A stretch of DNA of 64,000 nt from Candidatus Latescibacterota bacterium (GTDB taxonomy: Bacteria; Latescibacterota; UBA2968; GCA-2709665). Made by a program: the position numbers and the translations under genes. The stretch spans positions 2,560,001 to 2,624,000 of the forward strand of contig OZ244744.1 in assembly GCA_965219455.1 (NCBI GenBank). Direction: 5' to 3'. This document shows, one piece after another, positions 40,947-50,779 of this stretch (position 1 is the stretch's first letter; every line of letters begins with the position of its first letter). Below the pieces are notes generated by a model that searched no databases, was not told the DNA's origin, and was given only the letters and a program-made list of their open reading frames with translations.

Positions 40947-42493
40947 TCACTCGGTCCGCAGCGCGTCCACCGGATTCGCCCACGCCGCCCGGATGGCCTG
41001 GGCGCTAACGGTCAGCAGCACGGCCAGCAGCACCAATATCCCACCCAATACAAACGTGCCGATGCCATGTTCTATCCGATACGCGAAATCCCGCAACCAT
41101 CGATCCATCGCCCACCAGGCGACCGGCCACGCGATTACGTTGGCAACCCCTACCAGCAGCACGAACTCGCGCGACAGCAGATTCACCACGTCTGTGACAC
41201 TGGCGCCCGATATCTTGCGAATGCCGATCTCCTTCGTCCTCCGCGTTACGGCAAACGCTGTCAATCCAAACGCCCCCAGGCACGCAACAAAAACGGCAAG
41301 TAGCGTGCCGTACCCGATAATGCGATGGAGTCGCTCTTCGGTTCGGTATTGGCGATCGATGCTCTCATCAAGAAAGAAATATCGGAATCCGGGAGACTGT
41401 GTGGCGGCTTCCCATTGATCCTTCATATATGCCAGTGTACCGGGGATATCGTCGGGACGAACCCGAACCACCAGTCGGCTGAATGGATAATCCGGCTCGC
41501 ATTTCAGGAGTGCGGGACCGATCTTGTGATGGAGCGAACGAAAGTGAAAATCTTTCACCACCCCGATCACCGTCATTTCATCGAAAAATCTCAATGTCTT
41601 TCCAGTCGGTGACCCCGGCCCCAATTGCCTGGCCAGCGTTTCATTGATAATCACGGACGCAGCAACGTCTGTCCCAAGGTCCCGTGAAAAATTCCGCCCT
41701 TCGATCAATTCGACGTCAAGAGTTGGCACAAAGTCGTAATCAACAAAGAAGATCTCTACGCCCTTAAAGACTGTTCCCTCAAACGCCACACCACCGCGCG
41801 ACTGTTGCCTGTTGTCCATCAGGTGGAACATCCCGGTCACGCCGAGAATCGCGTGATGAGATAAGAGGGCGTTCCGATAGGCTTCAATGCCTTCGTTTTC
41901 CAGCTCTCGAAGCTTGCCTGCTTGCCGGACGGCAATCAGGTGTTCACTGTCAAAGCCAAGGGGTCTGGTCCGCAAATAGTCGTGCTGATAGGTCACGATC
42001 AGGGCACAAATGACCAGAGCCACGGACATCGCGATCTGGAAGACTCTGTAATAACGATGGCATCCTTGCGATCAAGCGCTGTTTCAGGGTTGCCCTTCAA
42101 CATCGGAAATGTAAAGACATCCCGGAAACCCGGATCGACATATGCAATTCGTTCCCGAAATGAACGGTCTTCGTATTTGAATGTGCGAGACGTGGTATGG
42201 ATTCTCACGACCCGCTGCATTTGAGTGGGAAATGCTTCCGCCAACGCCGGACCGAGAGGTCCCGGCATCGTCGCCGTGGCGACACTTCCTTCCCCCACTT
42301 CTCCCTTGATGTACACGCGATATATCCGATCCGCCTTTTCGTGAAACGCGTCAAAAGACCATTCGTGCCGCACATACAGAATCGTCAGAATGGAAAACGC
42401 GATTCCAATCGCAAGCCCGACGATATTTATAGCTGAATACACCTTAAATCGCACCAGATTCCGGTATGTTGCGATCAGATAATTCCAGAGCAT
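40947..42493 (-). pseudogene. ABC permease pseudogene with internal deletion and frameshift near 42040
   Basis: N-part ends DAIVITE and abuts out of frame with VFQIAMSVALV; about 515 codons versus ~790 in paralogues. Confidence 0.85.
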
Positions 42494-42575
42494 CAATTTC
42501 CTCTCAGCGCAGCCCCCTGAGACCACACAGGATCGGAGGATGAGGATCGTCGGACTTCCCGGCGGTCTATCCTCT

Positions 42576-42692
42576 TGCGATTATCGTGCCATGAATTCAA
42601 CTTATTAAATAACAACTATATATGTAATCCTTGTCCAATAACACTGTCCGACAAGTGTTCGGTAATGATACACTATTGTCCGAAAACGGACA
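42576..42692 (-). promoter_or_regulatory. sigma54 promoter with tandem enhancer-like sites
   Basis: TGGCACG-ATAA-TCGCA at 42591-42576; AT-rich spacer; TGTTCGGTAATGATACA 42656-42672 and perfect TGTCCG-AAAA-CGGACA 42677-42692. Confidence 0.78.
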
Positions 42693-43025
42693 CTTTGCCA
42701 ATGACTCGGCTTTCCGCGTATTGTCGATTGCCAGCTTTGAACACCGATCGAACGGACCATCTTGCACCGCTTTTTACCCGTACAGCATGCTTATAAATCC
42801 CCACGTCCCGCGCTCTTTCAAAGTGAAGGATAGGGTATTTTTACGGCATTTGGCTTTCAGGCAGAAGGCCGAAATGCTGGCCATTCAGCGATACGCGAAC
42901 GGTCTGTGTGCATCAGGAGAAAATCCACGCCGCAAATTTTTCGATTTGGAATTGCAGGAATGCTCGAAATTTGCGATATTTAAGTGTGCAACCGTCTCAA
43001 ATCAGAGTACATAGAGGGATTAGAA

Positions 43026-43253
43026 ATGCAAAAAATCTCACTGACAGAAGCCGAATCCTGTCTCGCCGAATTGGTGAAGGAAGCTACGAATGGCGAAGAG
43101 GTCATTATTACCCAGACAGATGGCTCTGCCGTTAAACTCGTGCCACTTTCGCCACAAAAACCACTTCCACTATTCGGGAGCGCAAAGGGGCTCGTCAAGA
43201 TGTCGGATGACTTCGACGAACCCCTTGACGATTTCCAGGATTATTCTCCGTGA
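43026..43253 (+). CDS. Phd/YefM-type antitoxin with DUF2281-like tail
   Basis: MQKISLTEA..LAELV..A.NGEEVIIT...VKLVP...FGSAKG...MSDDFDEPLDDF; 4 bp overlap with the PIN toxin. Confidence 0.88.
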   Translation: MQKISLTEAESCLAELVKEATNGEEVIITQTDGSAVKLVPLSPQKPLPLFGSAKGLVKMSDDFDEPLDDFQDYSP

Positions 43254-43645
43254 AGTTGCTCCTCGACACCCATACGTATCTTTGGTTCATCAACGGCGAT
43301 TCCAATCTCAGTTCAATTGCCAGACAATTAATCGAAAGTCCGGAAAACGAGCGCCTTTTGAGCATTGCAAGCTTGTGGGAAATGGCGATAAAGATCAGCA
43401 TTGGAAAGCTGAAACTTAACACCTCTTTTTCGGATTTGGTTGAAAGACAGATCGCGGGAAATGCGATTGAACTTCTACATATTGATCCTCTGCATCTCGA
43501 TGTCGTCAAAACGCTTTCTTTTTTTCATCAGGACCCCTTCGATCGGCTGATAATCGCTCAGAGTATTGCAGAAAACGTCCCAATCATAAGTCGAGATGCA
43601 ACGTTTGACTTGTATCCAATTGAGCGAAAGTGGACGACTATATAG
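43250..43645 (+). CDS. vapC: VapC PIN-domain toxin
   Basis: LLLDTHTYLW, SIASLWEMAIK, HQDPFDRLIIAQS, IISRD. Confidence 0.93.
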   Translation: MKLLLDTHTYLWFINGDSNLSSIARQLIESPENERLLSIASLWEMAIKISIGKLKLNTSFSDLVERQIAGNAIELLHIDPLHLDVVKTLSFFHQDPFDRLIIAQSIAENVPIISRDATFDLYPIERKWTTI

Positions 43646-43925
43646 CCACTGCACAAAGCGTTTTTTCTTCTATTTCTCTCTGGTCTTTCAGGTCCCGCCG
43701 TTTTCGTCTACCGTCTCGCGCCTCACCGCCTCTTGGCCTTTCCTCTCCCGTCTACCTTCTCCCGTCTCCCCGGCTCTTGCCTTTCCCTTTGTGTCTCTGT
43801 GTCTCCGTGTGAGTCGGGGTTTTCTTCCGTCTCACCGTGAGGTCATTAATTCCTGGAACAAATCTACACGGAAAACGATCAAATCTATTAAACCAATATT
43901 CTTACTCCAAAAGGGGGTGGTGACC

Positions 43926-44000
43926 GTGCCACAGATCAAACGGCGAAGACGCCGCCCGAGGCTCATATTCGTCAAAGGTCAAAGGCGACTAAAGGGATAA
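43926..44000 (+). CDS. Putative 24-aa Arg-rich small protein
   Basis: AAGGGGGTG RBS, GTG start, MPQIKRRRRRPRLIFVKGQRRLKG, terminator 11 nt after the stop. Confidence 0.5.
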   Translation: MPQIKRRRRRPRLIFVKGQRRLKG

Positions 44001-44011
44001 ATTAGCGCAAT

Positions 44012-44050
44012 GAACCACCGGACTCGGAAATAGGCCGGTGGTTCTGTTTT
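44012..44050 (+). terminator. Rho-independent terminator
   Basis: GAACCACCGG-N13-CCGGTGGTTC followed by TGTTTT. Confidence 0.7.
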
Positions 44051-44465
44051 CCCAATCAAGCCTCTGCCTTCTCCCCGCCCTTCAGCCCTATCCTCTTCCC
44101 TCTACCGTCTCACGTCTCCCCTCCTTTTGCCTTTCCCTTTGTGTCTCTGTGTCTCCGTGTGAGTCGAAGTTTTCTCCCGCCTCCCCGCCTTAGCTGGCCG
44201 CCAAATATTCGCAGCGCGCATGTATCTATAACCCGCGAACTAACAGTTCGCGCTACGGTCGGACACTAAATTGCGGGGACGCTGGACGGTTTGGCGGCTG
44301 GGCGTGGCCTTCTTCCTTCTTCCCGCTCTTCGCCTTTCCCTTTGTGTCTCTGTGTCTCCGTGTGAGTCGAAGTTTTCTCCCGCCTCCCCGCCTTCAGCCC
44401 TTTCCTCTTCCTTCTACCTTCTTCCTTCTTCCTTTTTTTCGCCTTTCCCTCTACCCTCTCCCGTC

Positions 44466-45626
44466 TCACCGCTTTTCAGGTATTTTCAATACCAGCGCGA
44501 CCCCGACCAACATCAGAACGGCGCTGACTTCGAAAGCCCGCCGCAGGCCATACGCGTCGCCCATCATGCCGAGCAGCAACATCGCCACACCCCGAAGCGC
44601 GAAACCCCCGCCCATATAGATCCCGTTGGCGAACGCCCGGTTTTCGGGGCAGCTTTCCTGAACCATCGCCATGACCACGGGGCCGGTCGCGAGCGCGACA
44701 AAGCCCAGGACGACCAGGACCGGAAACAGGACCCAGCCCGTACTGTCGAGGAAGACGAATAGTAGAATGGGGGTCGCAATCATGGAGAAGCCAAGCACCT
44801 GCTTGCGCCCCATCCGGTCGCTCGCCCATCCGCCGATGAGGGCACCCGCGATACCCGCGCCTTCCAGCACCGAAAGCGACGCGCCGGCAAGCCACAGGCT
44901 GACGCCCTCTTCGCTCAGGAATGTCGGCAGGAATGCAGTGAGCGAAGCCATCGTAAACGCACGAACAAACACGATGCCGGACAGCGGTACCATAACCGGG
45001 GCCATGCGTTTCAGCGCGGATCGCCACGGTAGCGCTTTGTAGAATGAAAACGACTGCGCCGCAACGGACCGCATGCGCAACAACAGGACGAGCGACGCCA
45101 CAAGGCCGACGGGGATCAGATAGGCTGTACCGGCGATCCCCCACAGGCCGATGACGCTCACGATCAGAATCGGCCCCATCGTGCGACCGAGCTCACCACA
45201 TAACATCCAAATTCCCATGCCGCGACCCAGATTCGGGCCCGAGAGCGTTCCGGCCATCGCCGGTCCAACCGCGTGAAAGGCCGCCGAACTGAAGCCGACG
45301 ATTACCAGGAGGGCTACGAGAGTCGCGTACCCACCGGCCACGCCGAGCAGACTCATCGCGATGCCCGTAACCGCAGGTCCGAGAATGACGAGGGCGCGCA
45401 GATTCGAGCGGTCCGCGCGAAGTCCGACAATCGGCTGAAACACGGACGGCGCCTGTCTGACCACCATCAGCATGCCGGCCTCGGTCTTGGTCAGGGACAG
45501 GGACTGGATAAAAACCGGCAACAGCGGCGCCAGGAATCCGCTGTACGTATCGTGCACGGCGTGCCCGCCCGATATCATCATCACGTCGGTTGTCTGGAAT
45601 CGTTCTTCCTGGCGTTTCCGGGACAT
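44466..45626 (-). CDS. MFS transporter (Fsr-like)
   Basis: GHAVHDTY, QPIVGLRADR, SAAFHAVG, GGWASDRMGRK; about 12 hydrophobic segments. Confidence 0.9.
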   Translation of the reverse strand: MSRKRQEERFQTTDVMMISGGHAVHDTYSGFLAPLLPVFIQSLSLTKTEAGMLMVVRQAPSVFQPIVGLRADRSNLRALVILGPAVTGIAMSLLGVAGGYATLVALLVIVGFSSAAFHAVGPAMAGTLSGPNLGRGMGIWMLCGELGRTMGPILIVSVIGLWGIAGTAYLIPVGLVASLVLLLRMRSVAAQSFSFYKALPWRSALKRMAPVMVPLSGIVFVRAFTMASLTAFLPTFLSEEGVSLWLAGASLSVLEGAGIAGALIGGWASDRMGRKQVLGFSMIATPILLFVFLDSTGWVLFPVLVVLGFVALATGPVVMAMVQESCPENRAFANGIYMGGGFALRGVAMLLLGMMGDAYGLRRAFEVSAVLMLVGVALVLKIPEKR

Positions 45627-45756
45627 GGGTTGCCCGCAAATGAAAAGCGGTCCTGACTGACCGCTTTCTTAATCTCCATTCGATGGTCGGATTCGGATTG
45701 CACCAAGATAACGCGCGCCGGCCGTTCAGGGAATGAGAAATATTCTGCGCAGGCTG

Positions 45757-45830
45757 TCATGCCGAGGACGCGGGTATGAAGGTGGGGTAGACATTCCTGT
45801 CTGCCCGCTTCTACTCATAACGCAGCACCG
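45757..45830. repeat. REP-like palindrome attached to an orphan permease stop (LRYE*)
   Basis: GGTGGGGTAGACATTCCTGTCTGCCC followed by CTACTCATAACGCAGCAC, which reads VLRYE* on the minus strand. Confidence 0.6.
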
Positions 45831-45946
45831 CGATGCAGTCCTATTTCCACAACGGTTGTCCAACGTCGATACGGTTTCCGCCCACGTCAGCAAAGATGAA
45901 GTCTCTTAACGATCCGTTGATAAAGTCGCTCTGCAGGCGCATCGAT

Positions 45947-47320
45947 TTAGACGCGTACCCAGTACAGGTGGTTGTCGATGGTCTCGCCCTCGTCCGCGTA
46001 TCGAGAATCGCCCAGCGTGTAGATGAATGACGGACGGGCGCCTGGCGGGATAGGATTGGCGCCGTTTGGGCGTTCCAGGGAAGACATAACCTGACCTTGT
46101 TCAGGGTCGAATGCGAGTACCTCACGCGGCGTGAACGTCTCCCCGTAATCGGACGATTCGAGCCAGACGACGCGTGAGAGTTCATCATGCTCGCGCAGCC
46201 AGAAGGAGGGCAGGCCATGGATGCCCGGGGCCCAGTTCGCGTCCGGATGCCCCAGGGCAACGAGCTGGGCGAGAACGCAAAGGACGTCATCGGACGTCAT
46301 TACCGGCTTGAAGGCGAGTATCCCCCAACCGGGCCAGTGCGACGCCACGGCCTCACTCAACGGCAGTCCACGCCACCTCCCTGCATCGGACGTCTTCAAG
46401 AAGGCGCGACAGGGCGTGGGTGTATGGCGAACGTAGCCGACGTAGGGTCGGCCCTTCGAATCGACGGCCAGGCCGCAGTGCTCGATGCCGGGCTTGGGGT
46501 TGTTGCTCTCACCCTCCTCCAGCAGGTCAAGCGTGTCCGGCGTCGCCGGAAGCGGAACCGGCGTCCCGTCGTCTTTCCGCCAGGTGCGGCCGAAGTCGAA
46601 GGAGCGCATGTAGCCCACGGCCTGGTACAGACCGGATACGTCACGTGAGTGCTCCCCCGCATTCGGCTTGCGACCCAGGAAAAAGGCCATGCTCATGTGC
46701 ATTGTCTTCCGGCCCGGGCCCCAGGCCACGTCGTTGTTCATGCCGGTGTACCCGGTGAAACGCCGCTGCCGGGTCACGACCAGGCCACGGCTTTGCCACG
46801 GACCGGTAGGTGGTCTTTCCCACATCTCCATGCCGTTGTGGCTGCCGTCCCGGGCCATGAGGTGAAGCGTGTCGTCGGGGCCGCACAGGAGCACGGGATA
46901 GGTGTTTCGGCCAAAGGCTTCGACGGAGGTCCAGGCCGACGCATCGTGCGGCCGCAGCGATCGCTGGTACTGCAGAGGCGAGTTGTGTCCGCCCATGACC
47001 ATGTGCAGGTAGCCCTGGCTATCGATCGCAAGGGTGGGACGAGAATGCTCGTCGACGCCCTCGGCCAGGAGTGCGCCGGCGGTCCACCTGCCCGTTTCGT
47101 GATCGAGCGTGCGTACCCGAGCGAAGTACCTCTGATTGTACGAGTCCTGCCAGGCAACGTGGGTTCTACCGCGGCAGACAACAATCTTGTTCCCCGGCCC
47201 CTGGCTTGCGCGTTCGCCAGCGATCACGGACAGCAAGGCGTCGCCGCGGTTTCGATTGGCAGCGGCGAACGGGTCGCCCACGTTGCAGGTCTTGATACGT
47301 TCAGACAATTCAGTCTCCAT
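45947..47320 (-). CDS. BNR-repeat (BNR_4-like) protein
   Basis: DEHSRPTLAIDSQGYLHMVMGGHNS, TYP, YMRSFDFGRTW and SSDYGETF Asp-boxes; start at METELS behind GGAGG. Confidence 0.8.
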   Translation of the reverse strand: METELSERIKTCNVGDPFAAANRNRGDALLSVIAGERASQGPGNKIVVCRGRTHVAWQDSYNQRYFARVRTLDHETGRWTAGALLAEGVDEHSRPTLAIDSQGYLHMVMGGHNSPLQYQRSLRPHDASAWTSVEAFGRNTYPVLLCGPDDTLHLMARDGSHNGMEMWERPPTGPWQSRGLVVTRQRRFTGYTGMNNDVAWGPGRKTMHMSMAFFLGRKPNAGEHSRDVSGLYQAVGYMRSFDFGRTWRKDDGTPVPLPATPDTLDLLEEGESNNPKPGIEHCGLAVDSKGRPYVGYVRHTPTPCRAFLKTSDAGRWRGLPLSEAVASHWPGWGILAFKPVMTSDDVLCVLAQLVALGHPDANWAPGIHGLPSFWLREHDELSRVVWLESSDYGETFTPREVLAFDPEQGQVMSSLERPNGANPIPPGARPSFIYTLGDSRYADEGETIDNHLYWVRV

Positions 47321-47404
47321 TTGCTCTCCTCCCTCGCTATTCATCGAGCGCCAGATGCTGTTTACGCGGCAAGAGTCAGGGATATCCGAAGCACAACAGA
47401 AGCC

Positions 47405-47545
47405 GCGGGAGATTCTTCGGAGAATGACATGACTTTCAATAGGCATCGTCGAAATGTATCCGTCACTCGCCGGCTCTGGCTGTCATGCTGAGGAAGCGGG
47501 TTTGAGGAAGTGTGTGTGAAGGTGGGGCAGACATTCCTGTCTGCC
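47405..47545. repeat. Intergenic palindromic repeat module
   Basis: GGGAGATTCTTCG..AGAATGACA...TGTCATGCTGAGGAAGC and GGGGCAGACATTCCTGTCTGCC. Confidence 0.8.
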
Positions 47546-47550
47546 AGCCG

Positions 47551-49914
47551 TTACTCATACCGCAACGCGTCCACGGGATTCCCCCGGGCTGCCCGGGTAA
47601 CCTGCAGGCTCACCGCCAAGAGCACAACGAGAAGCGTGAGCGACCCGCCAAGGAGAAACGTCCCTATCCCCGGATCCACGCGATAAGGGAAATTCTGAAG
47701 CCAGCGATCCGCCGCGACGTAGGTCACGGGCCACGCAACCAAGCAGGCTATACCAACGAGGACCACATATTCACGGGTCAGCAAGGAGATGATACCGATT
47801 GTTGGCGCCCCCAGGACTTTCCGAATCCCTATTTCCTTCGTCCGCCTGGCAACGGTGAGCGACGTCAGCCCGAAAGCGCCAAGGCAGGCGATGAATACCG
47901 CGAAGAAAGTCCCGTAGCCCGCGATTTTGAACCACCGCCGTTCCTCCCGGTATTGACGGTCAATGTCGTCCTCGAGAAAGGAAGAGTAAAACACTTCGTC
48001 GGGCGCCATTTCCTCCCACTTCTCTTTCAAGAAACGAACGGTGCCCGCCCTGTCGTCCGGTCGGATGCGAACCATCAGCATTCTTGTACGACGAGATCTG
48101 GGATTGAGGCTCATCACAGCAGGCTTTACGGAACGATGAACTGAATGAAAGTGAAAATTGCGAACCACGCCGATCACGGTATATTTCCGGCTACCGCTGC
48201 CTAACTGTAGTGTCTTTCCCAGAGGCGCTTGCCATCCCAGCTTTTCAACCAGAGCTTCGTTAACGAGTACGGATGTTTTGGCGTCGCCGTCTCTCTCGAA
48301 TCCTCGACCCGATCTCAGCCGCACACCCAGCGTTTCCAGCAAGCCCAGATCACCGTCAAGGATCTCGACGTCTTTCATGATCGTGCCGTTTGATCTTACA
48401 TCTGCAAAGCTCTGGACCCTGTTGCTAAAGGCGTGCCCTGTTCTTGTGGTCTTCAACACGGCATGGTAGGACCGGGCTGCCTCCTGATAGGCTCCGGCGA
48501 CACCCTTATCATCCAGTTTATCCATTTTATGGACTATTAAAACATCCTTCGGACTAAAACCTAACGGTTTTGTCGTCATCAGATTCAATTGCCGGCCGAC
48601 GACAGTCGTGCACCCAACCAATAAAATCGAGATGGCAACCTGGAATACCACAAGCACCCGTCTAATGCGGCCCAATCGTTCCAATCTCATCTGCCCTTTA
48701 AGCGCTTCAGCCGGCAGAAATCTTGACGCAATAAGCGCGGGATAACTGCCCGAAACAATGCCTACCACCAACAACAGGATAACCAGAAAAACCGGTGCGG
48801 TGGAATCCACCAGATCGGAAATTGAAAACTCCATTCGGGTCAGACTGTTGAAGCCCGGCATGAACAGTTCGGCCAGCGCCAGGCCAAGCCCAAGCGCGAT
48901 CAATGTCAGCAGTACCGATTCTGTCAGAAACTGCGTTGCCAATTGGGTTCGCAGACCACCGGCCACTTTGCGCAAACCAACTTCGCGGGCACGGGAGAAT
49001 GACCTGCCTACCGAGAGGTTTGTATAATTGACCGAGGCTACAACCAGCACAAGCATTGCAATGCACGCCAGGATGTATGAATACACGGGATTGCCTGCAG
49101 GTTGTAATCCGACGCCCATGGAATCGAAGTGAATGTCGCTAAGCGGCTGCAGTTTCAATTTCTCCCATATTGGGCTTTTGGGCCACGTCGACACAAGATC
49201 TTTCAACCGCCGCTCGACTTCGGAGGGGCTCACGTAGTCTGGCAGCAATATGTAGGTTCCAAATAATCTGTGTTTCCACCGTATAGGTTCATTTAGGCCC
49301 GCAACAACAAGCCTGGTAAGAAATCCGAATCGAATACTCGAGTTCTTGGGTATTGTCTCAACTATTCCGGTAACCGTTAGATCCCGGACCCACCAATCCC
49401 TGCCATCGCTAACCTGGATTGATAGCGTCTTGCCCATCGGGTCTTCACCCTGAAAATACTTTTCGGCGATCTTCTCGGTAATAACGACATTCTGCGGATC
49501 CATAAGTGCCGTTGCCAGGTCCCCTTTCAGAAGCGGAAAGGAGAACATTTCGAATATGTCGGAATCTGCAACGCATATCGTTTCCGCTATCTTCGTACCT
49601 CGGTGTTGAATGAAGTGGTATTTCCAATCAAAATCAATTCGCACGATGCGAACATCCGGATGCGCCTCCGCCAATGCCGGCGCCAGTTCAGCCGGAGCGC
49701 CGCCAATACTTCGTCCTCGATCATTAACAGCGTAGACCCTGTAAATGCGATCGGCGTTTTCGTGGAACGCATCGTAGGTCCACTCGTGCCGAACATACAG
49801 GAACGCCAGCAGACAAAATGAAATTGCGATGCCCAAGCCCACCACGTTGATCGCGGCATAAAGCCAGTGCCGCAGCAGATTCCGCCAGGCTACCTTGAGA
49901 TAATTCCAGAACAT
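47551..49914 (-). CDS. ABC transporter permease, duplicated MacB_PCD/FtsX type
   Basis: MFWNYLKVAWRN, VNYTNLS, REVGLRK, RTKEIGIRKVLG, NPVDALRYE. Confidence 0.95.
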   Translation of the reverse strand: MFWNYLKVAWRNLLRHWLYAAINVVGLGIAISFCLLAFLYVRHEWTYDAFHENADRIYRVYAVNDRGRSIGGAPAELAPALAEAHPDVRIVRIDFDWKYHFIQHRGTKIAETICVADSDIFEMFSFPLLKGDLATALMDPQNVVITEKIAEKYFQGEDPMGKTLSIQVSDGRDWWVRDLTVTGIVETIPKNSSIRFGFLTRLVVAGLNEPIRWKHRLFGTYILLPDYVSPSEVERRLKDLVSTWPKSPIWEKLKLQPLSDIHFDSMGVGLQPAGNPVYSYILACIAMLVLVVASVNYTNLSVGRSFSRAREVGLRKVAGGLRTQLATQFLTESVLLTLIALGLGLALAELFMPGFNSLTRMEFSISDLVDSTAPVFLVILLLVVGIVSGSYPALIASRFLPAEALKGQMRLERLGRIRRVLVVFQVAISILLVGCTTVVGRQLNLMTTKPLGFSPKDVLIVHKMDKLDDKGVAGAYQEAARSYHAVLKTTRTGHAFSNRVQSFADVRSNGTIMKDVEILDGDLGLLETLGVRLRSGRGFERDGDAKTSVLVNEALVEKLGWQAPLGKTLQLGSGSRKYTVIGVVRNFHFHSVHRSVKPAVMSLNPRSRRTRMLMVRIRPDDRAGTVRFLKEKWEEMAPDEVFYSSFLEDDIDRQYREERRWFKIAGYGTFFAVFIACLGAFGLTSLTVARRTKEIGIRKVLGAPTIGIISLLTREYVVLVGIACLVAWPVTYVAADRWLQNFPYRVDPGIGTFLLGGSLTLLVVLLAVSLQVTRAARGNPVDALRYE

Positions 49915-50000
49915 CGACCGACTCCTCGCGGATTGGATTCATAGATGATGTGTCCGCGCATATGATTTTGCCCGGGTGTCGGACGTATGGACAGTCCAGA

Positions 50001-50740
50001 AGACGGGAGATTCTTCGCTGCGCTCAGAATGACATGCTTTGCAATAACCATTGGCGAAACGTCTCCGTCACCCGCTCGGCCTGTGCCGCTCCCTGAGCTT
50101 GTCGAAGGGTCGGCACAGGGCTTTCAATGAGTCCCGAAGCGCGCGCATTTCGACAAGCTCAATGACCACGCTTCGGTGTGCGATATTCGACTCCGCTCAG
50201 AATGACCTGACTTTCAATGGCCATCGTCGAAATGTATCCGTCACTCGCCGGCTCTGGCTGTGATGCTGAGGAAGCCGTCGAGCCGACGAAGCGTCCGCGC
50301 AAATGGGCTGGTGAAGGGCTTCCGCTGCACGTCCAATTGAGTAGACGGGAGATTCTTCGCTGCGCTCAGAATGACATGCTTTGCAATAACCATTGGCGAA
50401 ACGTCTCCGTCACCCGCTCGGCCTGTGCCGCTCCCTGAGCTTGTCGAAGGGTCGGCACAGGGCTTTCAATGAGTCCCGAAGCGCGCGCATTTCGACAAGC
50501 TCAATGACCACGCTTCGGTGTGCGATATTCGACTCCGCTCAGAATGACATGCTTTGCAATAGCCATCGTCGAAATGCGCCCGTCACTCGTCGGCGCTGGC
50601 CGTCATGCTGAGGACGTCGTCAGGCAAACCAAGCGCCTGCCTGCGGCAGGCAGATCCGCGCAAATGGGCTGGTGAAGGGCTTCCGCTGCACGTCCAATTG
50701 AGTAGACGGGAGATTCTTCGCTGCGCTCAGAATGACAGGT
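50001..50740. repeat. Tandem ~342-361 bp composite palindromic repeats
   Basis: AGACGGGAGATTCTTCGCTGCGCTCAGAATGACA at 50001, 50343 and 50704, with nested CCCTGAGCTTGTCGAAGGG / TTCGACAAGCTCA. Confidence 0.88.
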
Positions 50741-50779
50741 TGGCCACTTTTCAGTCCTGAATGGTGAACCGGGTTCGCG

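Larger units (their letters stand above)
43700..44470. repeat. Pyrimidine-rich region with heptamer repeats and three copies of a ~37 bp unit
   Basis: GCCTTTCCCTTTGTGTCTCTGTGTCTCCGTGTGAGTCG at ~43779, ~44129 and ~44332; CCGTCT heptamers; GTAG-type REP at 44234-44256. Confidence 0.8.

Noticed and set aside
45841-45942. Short ORF end resembling a glyoxalase/VOC C-terminus (LRDFIFADVGGNRIDVGQ)
   Set aside because: Only ~33 codons; at most a remnant and cannot be supported without a search.
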